DNA of 64,000 bases from Piromyces finnis finn (lineage: Eukaryota; Fungi; Neocallimastigomycota), in contig MCFH01000065.1 of NCBI GenBank assembly GCA_002104945.1, forward strand, positions 186,001 to 250,000, given 5' to 3'. Made by a program: the position numbers and the translations under genes. The notes below the pieces were generated by a model that did not search any database, had not been told where the DNA came from, and was given only the letters and a program-made list of their open reading frames with translations. The first letter of the stretch is position 1; every line of letters starts with the position of its first letter. Shown piece by piece: positions 25,558-36,753 of this stretch.

Positions 25558-28500
25558 ATGGATTACAATTTATTCAAAGGCCCTTCTCTCAATGGATCCA
25601 ACTTTAACGCCTGGTACAACCGTACCAAGAATACTTTGACTGCATTTCAACTTAGTCAATATATTGAATCTGACGTCATTAATAATTTAAAGAAAAATAA
25701 TACTACTCCGGATGTTTTAAACAATGCCAGAATCGAAAATGCCAAAGCCCTCGGTATCATTTATGGAAGTATAGATGACAACATTCATAACTACCTAAGA
25801 GGACTTAATACAGCTTATGAAGTCATGAACAAGTTAACTAAACTGTTTAAACAAGACGATGCTGTAAACCTTGAAGCCTGGTTAAACAAGATTAACAATA
25901 TGAAGGCTAGAAATGAAAAAGAAATTATAAAAACTCTGAGCAATATGATGGAACTTTTTAGATTAATGGAATCAAATAATTCAAAACTTACCGAAACAGA
26001 AAAAATGCGGTACATGTATAACTCATTACCCAGCAATATTAGAAATATTATAATCTTATCAAACACTTACAATACTTCATCAGAATTATTCAACTCTATC
26101 AAAGAAAGAATTAAAACTATGAACCATGCCGATGAAATAACACCTCCAAAAATATTTATAAATAGTGAAGATAAAATGGATATCGATTACCTTGATAAAT
26201 TTTTCCATAAAAATAAAAATAATAATTTTAGAAAGGATTTTAAACAAAATAAATACTGCGATATTTGCAAAAAGAATAATCACAATACTGAAAACTGCTA
26301 CTATAATTCAAAAAATAATAATAATAGAAAATCAAGCCACAATACAAGAAGGTCAAGCCACAAATCATACCACAATAGTCAATATAATAAATTTAATGGA
26401 AAAGTAAACAATATCTCATACGATATTAACAAGCAAAATATTAATAATTACAATGATAATTTTACACTAGATGAACTTAGACCGATACTAGAAAAACACA
26501 ATATAAATTCCATTCAAATAAACAATGGTTTAAATAAGAATATAAATAAATATCATACATGTTGGATATACGATACAGGTGCGTCAGAACATGTTACAAA
26601 TAATAAAAATATCCTCAAGAATTTTCGCTATAAGAAAATTAAAATGAACTGTGCTAACAATACAGTATGCTACTTTGATGGGTTCGGTACATACGAAGGA
26701 TATATAAATAATTATCCGATAAAATTAGCCAACGTATACTATTCTAAACAATTAAACAAAAATTTAATTAGCGGAATTAAACTTAGTAACTCTGGATTTA
26801 AAAGTACTATAAGTCAAGAAAATAATAAACCATATATCATAATTAAATCTCAAGATAACAAGAACATTTACAAAACTTTCTCAAACAATGATAATAGCTT
26901 TCTTATTCATACTAAAAACAAAGAATTCAATAATAAGCAAATATTCAATATCAATACTTCAAATTTTAATGAAACATTATGGCATAATCGACTTGCTCAT
27001 TACTATAATAAAGATCTCAAAAAATATTTAATTGATCACAATATTTCCAAAAATTTTTGTAATGAATGCAAAGCCAGCAAATTAAAAAGGAAGCCCCACA
27101 ATAAAATTACTCCTAAAGCTTCCGAAATCAATGAAGTTATCCACTCAGATATTATTGGCCCACTTACCGAATCTGTTAATAAAAAGAAATATATTCTTAC
27201 TTTCATTGACGATTTTTCAAGACACTCTTGGATATATCTACTTTCTTCTAAAGCTGAAGCTCCTAAAATAATTACTGAATTTTTAACCCTTATTAATAAC
27301 CAATCAAATGATCACAAAGTTAAATATTTCAAAAGTGATAATGGTAAAGAATACACTAACAAAAAGGTTATTAAATTCTGCAAAAAACATGGAATTATCA
27401 AATTATTTTCTCCTCCTTACAACCCAGAAAATAACGGAATTGCAGAAAGGTTCAACCAAACAATCATTTCTTCAACCAAAACTTTACTATATTGGAGCAA
27501 ACTTAGTCTTAATTTTTGGAATTTTGCTGTACAATATTCTAATTATATTTATAATTTAGTTCCTCACCAAAGCATTTCAAATCATATTCCATACGAAATT
27601 TATAATGGTAAAAAAGCTAATATTAACCATATCAAAGTCTTTGGATGCATTTGCGAATACAAAATTTTTAATCAAAACAAAAATAAGTTATCACCAAATA
27701 CTGCTAAAGGCATATTTTTAGGATTTAATACAAATGCGAATTCATATATAATAATGGACTATAATAAACAAACCATACATCTGGTTAGAGAAGCCTACTT
27801 CCACGAAGATACTCCTGCTAACTACTCTGCTGACTCCGAATCAACAATTAAAGATCCATACGATTTTAATTCTTATGTCCCAATGGTTAATGACAGTTCT
27901 ACTAAGTTCGACCCTCCAGAGTTCGATTCCGCCAACAGTACCAATTCAGAAATTTTTAATTATAACCCAATCACAAATATTTCACCTAACCCTTCAGATA
28001 ATTTAAATGAATTTTCAGGTACTACATCAAAATTTTCTGGTGAAACATCAAAAATTTTATCCAATTCAAATAATGAAAATTTTAATTTAAATAATCAAAA
28101 TTTTAATAACAAAATTTCAAATTCTGAAAATGATTATAATCTTGAAATTTCAAAAAACATTTCAAGAAATTTCTCGTCAAATAATGAGTTTAACACACCA
28201 AATGATAATTATAATGACACAGACACATCTAATGATTTCAACGTTAATTATAATAATCAAATTTCTCCAACTCCAACAAATAATGATCTCGAAACTCATG
28301 ATGAATTTCTTAATACAAATTATTTTCCTTCAAATAATTTTAATAATTCGACTCCTATCATAAAAAATAATAATTTTAATAATTTTTCAAATAATCCAAC
28401 TAATTTTTACGACCAATTTTCCACATTTAATACAGATACAAATCATAAAATTCCTAAAAGAACTACCAGTCCACCTATTAATCCAAATCTCAAAAGACTT

Positions 28501-31500
28501 AATTCTTATTCTTACCCTAAAATTGATTCTATTTCTTCAATACATACATCAATTCCTATAACCTATCAAGATGCATTATCAAATGCTAATAGTGACAAAT
28601 GGATTAATGCTATTAATGATGAACTTAACAATCTTTATAGAAATAAAACTATGACATTCGTTAAAAATCTTCCCAAAGGTAAAAATGTTGTTACCACCAA
28701 ATGGATTTTCACTATTAAAACAGATGAAAATAATAACATTACTAAATATAAAGCACGTATTGTAGCTAGAGGTTACACACAAAAATATGGCATTGATTTT
28801 GAATTTACATACTCTTGTAACGAAATATTATAATAATAAACACACACACTCTAATGTATCAAATATATGTATTTTTTTTAATAATGTTTATTTATTAAAT
28901 TTATTATTATAATACGACTAACTCGCTAGGTCAGTGTATTATCAAACTAAAGACGAAACAAAAAAAACTAATTTTTATTAATTATTAATAAAAACACTAA
29001 AGAACTATTTTATCTTTCTTATTCTCTCTTTTATACATGAAAATTATTTTTTTTTTTTTTTTTTAATACAATTTGATAAGTGAATTAATTACTTAATGAT
29101 TGGTTATAAAAATATAATTATGAAATTTTCATTAATCTAACCTTAATGATTTTCTAGTCTAACCCTTATCATTAGATATACCTCATTACAACTCTCCAAC
29201 TTTAAATTTTGATATTATTAAACTTCTTCTTGCTATTTCAGCCAAATTTAAATGGAACGTTTACCAATTGGACATCAAATCTGCCTACCTCCATGCAAAT
29301 CTAGATACTGAAATTTATACAACTATTCCCGAAGGTGATAAAAACTATGGTAAAGGATTTTGGAAACTGAATAAAGCTCTATACGGACTCAAACAAAGCG
29401 GAAGACAATGGAATGAATACATTTCTACTTTTCTTATTAATCATGGATTTTCTCAATGCACTTCAGACTATTGTATTTTCTTTAAAACTTTTGATAACCA
29501 AATTTCTTGCATTATTGGACTTTATGTCGATGATATGATTATTTGTGGGACAAATCTTGAACTTATAAGTATAATCTCACAAATTAAATCTAAATTTAAA
29601 ATTTCTAACTGTCAACCTATCCATTATTTATTAGGTATTAAAATTGAAAACAATAATTTTTCTTATTCTATTTCACAAAAACATGTTATTGAAAATATTT
29701 TAGACCAATATAATTGTAAAAGTATAAAATTTAAAACAGATTTTATACTTAAAACAAAACAATTTTTATTAACACAAAAATAAAAAAATAAAACATTAAA
29801 TTTTTATTAAAAAAACATTTTTATTTGAACTCTTAAAAATATTATTAACTATATAATAGTTAATAATTAAAAAATTGAAAATAACAATTACATCGATTTA
29901 ACAAATAAAAATTACATGTATTTATATTTTTTCATAATTATATTCTAATATATTATTCTATTTAAATAAACATATATTTAATATAAAATAAACAAAACTA
30001 ATTTAATTAAATAATAAAATAACAGAACTAAACTAAACTAATTCATTATACTTTTAATTCAATTTGAGTAAACTCAAAATTGAATAAAGCCCATGTATTT
30101 TCTATAAATTAATTTAATATTATCAATACTATTCTTAATATATTTCCTATTGAAATATAAATAAATCTATTTTTAAAACTAAGTTAAAATTATTAAACTA
30201 TTCTAAATTTAAATAAAAAAGTATAATCTATTCTAAAATTAAATAAAAAGTATTTGAAAAATATTTTAATTATTTAAAATATTTGAAATATTTAAATTTA
30301 ATTAAAATTCTTTTATTCCTTAAACTTAAATATTTATCTTAATTTAAATTTAACGGAATTATTATAAAATAATTTATTATTAAATTATTCCATAAAATTT
30401 ACTCAAAAATTTTATAATCAGTTTTACTAAATATTAATTTATTATTTAATAATTAATAATTAATTATTAAATAATCTAAAGATATATATTATATCTTTAC
30501 AATCTCGCCCTTTAAGTCGAGCTCCTGCGAGATTATTTTCTTGAAGAAATTTAAATAACAAATGGTTACTACTTTTTCTAAATCATAACATTGTTAAAAA
30601 AATATATAAGTATTTAATTTATTTATACTCTTATTATCATTCTTGTTACTTATACATAATTCTAATAATTTATCTAAAACTTAATCATCAAGAATCCATT
30701 TGTTTTTATATTCAGATTATGGTTATTTATAAATTGTTTTCTATTAACATTTTTATTTAAGTATTCAAAACAAAACATTTACTTAAGTTTCAAATTTTTT
30801 TTTTTTATTCAATTCTTCTTGATCATCATGACTTTTATAATCTTCTTATGCATGATTAAAATTCTATTTTACAATTTTAATACTTTTTATTAATACTTAT
30901 AATAATCTGTTCAACTTTCTTTGATTTATTAGCTGAAGAAATTTCAATATTAAATTTTAAATTAAATCCATAGTTTGTATAAAATTGAAATTGATTGATT
31001 GATTACAATAAAATATTATAAGTAGATTCCAATATAACAATCAATTCGATTTTATTAACCAACGGAGATATTGGAACAATATCTCGTTCACCCTCTCATT
31101 TAAATGAAAAGTCTGTGATAAAATTTATATTAAATATATCAAACAGACAATTCTAAAATTATAAAGAAAATAGCATTTAAAGAGTATTAAATGTTTTTTA
31201 TTATTGTACAAGCTTTAAACCAAGTGGAACTTATTTTTTTTAAAGGTTATTATTAAGCAAATAAATATAACAAAATTCTTAGTAATAAAATATTTGTAAA
31301 AAAATTAACATTCATTAATAATAATGGAAAAACATCATTCAATAATTATATTAACTATACCACTATTTTTTTTTAATCTTATTATTAAATAAACAAAAGT
31401 GGTATCAAGTCATCAAGTAAATACTATAATTTAATTAACAAATTTATCATTTTTAGACGTTTTTAAAATACTTTTAGCATATTTATAATTCTCTTTTATT

Positions 31501-34500
31501 TTATAATTTATCAATATATGGTATTATAAAATTATTTCTTTTTTAAAAATTTAACAATGAATTCATAAATTTAAATATCATCAATAAAACATCACAGAAT
31601 TGATATAAACATATACATAATGTTGTACTAAATATTATTAATTATAAAGTAATTAAAATACTTCATCAAAAGCATCACTTAAAATATTAAAATAGAGCTG
31701 ATACATTTTTGAATAAAAGGTATGATAATAAATTAAAAATGCCATATAAAGATTAAAGCAATTTTAAATTCATCACTTTATTTAATTCTTACTAAGCTAT
31801 TGATATATTTAAATTTAGTTTAAAAACATATTTTACTCCATTTATCTTATTTATTGATTAAAGGAATATATGAATTTCAATAATTATATCATTTAATTTC
31901 CTACAATCAATATATAGTAATTATAGTTATCAATCTCATTATACTTCCATTAAAAAGAATTGTATAAAGATTAAAATCTTTTTTTTTTTTTCCTTTATAA
32001 AGTTCGTTTTATTAAGTACATAAAAACTATTCATTTATTAAAAACTCTTATAATTATTATACATATTACATTAATTTATATTTGTTTTATTCATTATATT
32101 TATTACATTTATCATATTTATTAACTTATTATATTTATTAATTTATTCTATTTATTACATTTTATTATATTTTTTTTCATTTGTTGTATTTATTAATTCT
32201 ATTTTTTTTTTTTTTTTTTTTTTTTAATTATTATTAATATTAACTATTATACTATCAAGTTGTTACTATTACTAAAACTATTCCTCATTAATTTCTATTA
32301 TAGCTATTTCTAATTCTACAATACTAATACATTACAATCATATTTATTTTTTAAATTACATTTATTATAATTAAAATTATTTAGATAACATTATTTTCCA
32401 TAGGACGAATGTACTTAACATTTTGTTATAATCCTCCACAATTCAGTAATTCATTAAGTTTCTTTTTAAAACATTGGAATTTTCAAATTTATTATTTCAT
32501 TACTGAATTGTTCTTCTTTCTTGTTTCTTTTTATTTTCATTTTATTCTTTATAAAATCCAGATAAATGAAATTAAGAACAGATCCAGAATAGATTAATTT
32601 TCTAGCTCTGATTTCACTACCATCATATTATTAAGAATAAAAAATATTACACTCATTTCTTATTATATATTTATTTAACTTTATAATTATTCAATCAAAA
32701 CTACTATATTAATTTATTCAAGTTATTTGAATCTTTTAAATATAAAACTTACTTCTTAATAAAAATATAAACTTATTAACTAGATATACAATAACTTCTT
32801 TATAAAAAATTCTTTATTTAATTAATTTATTTTAATTTATTAAATATAAAAAACATAATTTATTTAACAACTAAATTTGTAAAACCTCCTCATATTGAAT
32901 TCAAATTATTTTAATTATTTATTCTTAATCATTTGTTTAATAAATTATTTAATAAACTATTACAATCAAATTATCTTAATTTACTAAATATAAAAATAAT
33001 TTTTTTTTTTTAATAAATGTATAACTTTTTAAATAACTAAATTTGTATTGACTTTTGTTGATAAATTCAAATCAAATTAAAAATGCTTTAAATTTATATT
33101 CTAATTATTAAGAATTTTCTATTTAGTCAAATATTCAGTTATATAAAATACACCTTTATATAAAAGAAGTCGACCTGACTCCATCATATCAACTGGTGTT
33201 AGCGAATTCTTTATAAAGTATAAAGTAAGTTATTACAATGAAATTAAATTTTTAAGTTCGTTTTCGTATTACTTCAAAATATTTTAATATATTATATAAT
33301 ATATTTCTTAATTGTATTTATCTAATTTAATTAATAATATATTATCCTTGAATATATTATATTTATTTAGTTAGTTAATCGAATTTATATTGTATCTTCA
33401 TATTAAAGAAGTCGACCTGACTCTATCCTTTAAAGAAAAGGTGTCATCGAATTTTTTATTTAGTATAAAATTAAATTATTTTAAAAGTAATTTTAAATAT
33501 CAAATCATTTTCTAACTTCATTAAATTAAATTATATATTTCAAATTTTCAAGTTAAATTAATTTATAGTATTTTCAATTTAATTTATTATATACTATTTC
33601 CCAAAAAGATGTCGATCTGACTCTGTCCTCTAAAAAGGTGTCATCGAAATCTTATTATAATAAAGAATAATTTATTTATTTAACTAACTTTACACATTTA
33701 TTACTTTTACTTTTATTGTAAAATTTTAATTCATTTCTTAATTTTAATTTATTATATACTATATCTAAAAGATGTCGCTCAGACTCTATCCTATCAAAAG
33801 GTGTCGAGCGAGGTCTTTTAAGTATATAATAAATTCATTTCAAATTTACTTATTATATAATCAAATTTTAATTTGTTTTAATTATATATTCAATTTAATT
33901 TATTATATACAATATCTAAAGATGTCGCTCAGACTCTATCCTATCAAAAGGTGTCGAGCGAGGTCTTTTATAGTATATAATAAATTTATTTCAATAAGAT
34001 AACTTATTCCTCAACTACTTTTAATTAATAAATATCAAAATTTTAATTTTCATATTTCTCAATGTATTTTAAATAAATCTAAAATTATTATATACTACGT
34101 CTAAAAGATGTCGCTCAGACTCTATCCTATCAAAAGGTGTCGAGCGAGGTCTTTTATAATATATAATAAATATATTTCAATAAAATAACTTTTTCCAATA
34201 AGTGATATTTACATTTTAATTCACTTATTTCTCAATTTCATTTTAATTAATAAATATCAAAATTTTAATTTTCATACAATATATTTTAAATAATTCTATA
34301 ATTATTATATACCATGTTTAAAAGATGTCGCTCAGACTCTATCCTATCAAACGGTGTCGAGCGAGGTCTTTTAAGTATATAATAAGTTCATTTCAAAATA
34401 ACAATTAATAATTCATTCAAATAAGTGAAATCAACATACTAATTCACTTATTTCTCAATATATTTAAATAATTTTAAAATTTTATTAACTTTTTCTTAAT

Positions 34501-36753
34501 TTTCTTTCTTTTTAAATAAGTTTTAATTTTCTTACTTTGCAATTAATTTTTTGATTTAATTTACTCTTTTAATTGTATATATCCAATTTAATTTATAATA
34601 TACTATGTATAAAAGATGTCGCTCAGACTCTATCCTATCAAACGGTGTCGAGCGAGTTCTTTTTATAGTATATTATAATTAAATTTAATTTTAAAAGAGT
34701 TTCATCAATTTAAAAACAAGAGTATTTCATAAATATATTTCTATTAGTATTACAGATAGATTTTATATATAAAGATTTTATTGTTTCACAAAGTAGAGTT
34801 ACACTCATTCCAATTCTAATATATAAAAGAAAGTTTCACAAAGTAAAGATGTTCCACAAGCAAAGTTCCACGAGATTCGTTCAAAAGAATTCCACGAAGG
34901 GAGGATTTCACAAGGTAGTGTTCCACAAGTAAAAATTCCACAATTATAGTTCCACAAAGTAGGGTTTCACAAGGTAGTATTCACAAAATTTATTTAGAAT
35001 TTCACAAAGTAGGGTAACACAAAATTGATGTTACACTGACAGAAGTTACACCATAAATAGTTCCACAAGGTAGGCTTCTCAAGTAGACAAAAAAATTTCC
35101 GAAGAGAAAAAATTTCCGAAAAGTTCCAAATTTTCTACGGTAGCAATTCCCAATGTTGTAACTTCAGAAAATAAAAATTGTTTTATTATTAAATATAAAA
35201 CGTGTTTTTTAATAAGAAAAGGTAATTGTTATTGTAAAAGTATAAAATTTAAAACAGATTTTATACTTAAAACAAAACAATTTTTATTAACACAAAAATA
35301 AAAAAATAAAACATTAAATTTTTATTAAAAAAACATTTTTATTTGAACTCTTAAAAATATTATTAACTATATAATAGTTAATAATTAAAAAATTGAAAAT
35401 AACAATTACATCGATTTAACAAATAAAAATTACATGTATTTATATTTTTTCATAATTATATTCTAATATATTATTCTATTTAAATAAACATATATTTAAT
35501 ATAAAATAAACAAAACTAATTTAATTAAATAATAAAATAACAGAACTAAACTAAACTAATTCATTATACTTTTAATTCAATTTGAGTAAACTCAAAATTG
35601 AATAAAGCCCATGTATTTTCTATAAATTAATTTAATATTATCAATACTATTCTTAATATATTTCCTATTGAAATATAAATAAATCTATTTTTAAAACTAA
35701 GTTAAAATTATTAAACTATTCTAAATTTAAATAAAAAAGTATAATCTATTCTAAAATTAAATAAAAAGTATTTGAAAAATATTTTAATTATTTAAAATAT
35801 TTGAAATATTTAAATTTAATTAAAATTCTTTTATTCCTTAAACTTAAATATTTATCTTAATTTAAATTTAACGGAATTATTATAAAATAATTTATTATTA
35901 AATTATTCCATAAAATTTACTCAAAAATTTTATAATCAGTTTTACTAAATATTAATTTATTATTTAATAATTAATAATTAATTATTAAATAATCTAAAGA
36001 TATATATTATATCTTTACAATAATCTTAATAACTGCAGATCTCGAAAAACACCATGTACTGGTGATAATGATTCTGAAAACACTAAACGATTTGATACGA
36101 CTATTTACAAAAGTTTAATTGGTTCTCTTATTTATATTGCTAGATGTACAAGACCAGATATTTCTTTTGCTGTTCACAAAGCTGCTCGAAAATCTGAACA
36201 ACCTACTATTTCCGACTACAACAAAGTTATAAATATTATCAAGTATCTTAAAACTACTATAGACTACAAAATTACTTATGATGGTAATGGAAAAATTATT
36301 GCATTCACTGATGCTGATTTTGGGGGAGATAAGACGGATGGAAAATCAACATCAGGATATATAATTCTTATGGAAAATAATCCAATATGTTGGTGCTCAA
36401 ATAAACAACAAACTGTTGCTACTTCTACTGCTGAAGCCGAATATATCAGTACTACAGAATGCACTAAGAAAATTTTATACTTTAGAAATATCTTAGAAGA
36501 ATTATTCAAATTCAACGAACCTATAACTATTTATACTGACAACTTAGCAAGTAAAAGAGCAATTGAAAATGGTGAATTAAATTCCAAACTTAAACACATA
36601 AATATAAAATTTCATTTCAATAGAGACAATATTAAAAATAACAAAATTAAATTAGAATATATCGACACAAACAATATGCTAGCAGACTTTTTAACAAAAA
36701 ATATTAATGGATCAAAAATGAAAAAGTTCACTGACACTATATTTAAAAAATAA
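25558..36753 (+). CDS. Copia gag-pol polyprotein in three pieces (25558-28815, 29196-29714, 36025-36753); 1501 aa once the insertions are removed
   Basis: Contains CCHC (CDICKKNNHNTENC), protease (YDTGAS), integrase (HSDIIGP, SDNGKEY, NGIAER), RT (KARIVARG, LYGLKQS, YVDD) and RNase H (FTDADF, AEAEY, LADFLTK). The pieces join in frame without stops. Confidence 0.95.
28816..29190. mobile_element. 375-bp solo LTR (family D) inserted in the copia RT
   Basis: TGTAAC...ATTACA termini flanked by TSD ACTCT (28811-28815 and 29191-29195). Confidence 0.9.
33163..34662 (-). repeat. Array of eight ~50-nt GC-rich hairpin units (80-90 nt with the lower stem) in LARD copy 1
   Basis: Units start near 33163, 33405, 33605, 33768, 33918, 34104, 34321 and 34612, separated by AT-rich linkers. 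Confidence 0.95.
34783..35130 (-). repeat. Cluster of about 13 TT(C/T)CAC(A/G)A motifs just downstream of the LARD PBS
   Basis: Repeated GTTCCACAAG / TTTCACAAAG words. The same cluster occurs at ~48250-48590 and ~52880-53170. Confidence 0.85.

Larger units (their letters stand above)
29715..36019 (-). mobile_element. LARD copy 1 (6305 bp, non-coding), uninterrupted
   Basis: 787-bp LTRs at 29715-30501 and 35233-36019, TSD ATAAT, PBS at 35221-35232 and PPT next to 30501. Confidence 0.95.

Noticed and set aside
33768-33818. Hammerhead, HDV or twister ribozyme, or C/D-box snoRNA identity for the hairpin unit
   Set aside because: There is no CUGANGA/GAAA core or recognisable pseudoknot. The UGAUAG and CUGA words are not kept in the divergent units. 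An Rfam search would still be worthwhile.
33772-34002. Short ORFs MSLRLYPIKRCRARSF (also 40983-41183 and 53946-54176)
   Set aside because: These are by-products of the repeated hairpin. The ATG and frame are not kept across all units and the linkers translate to low-complexity sequence.
33163-34662. CRISPR array interpretation of the repeat-linker pattern
   Set aside because: Linkers are 100-240 nt, unequal and related to each other (e.g. TTTTAATTAATAAATATCAAAATTTTAATTTTCATA occurs in adjacent linkers). They are the same in all three copies, there are no cas genes, and the context is eukaryotic.
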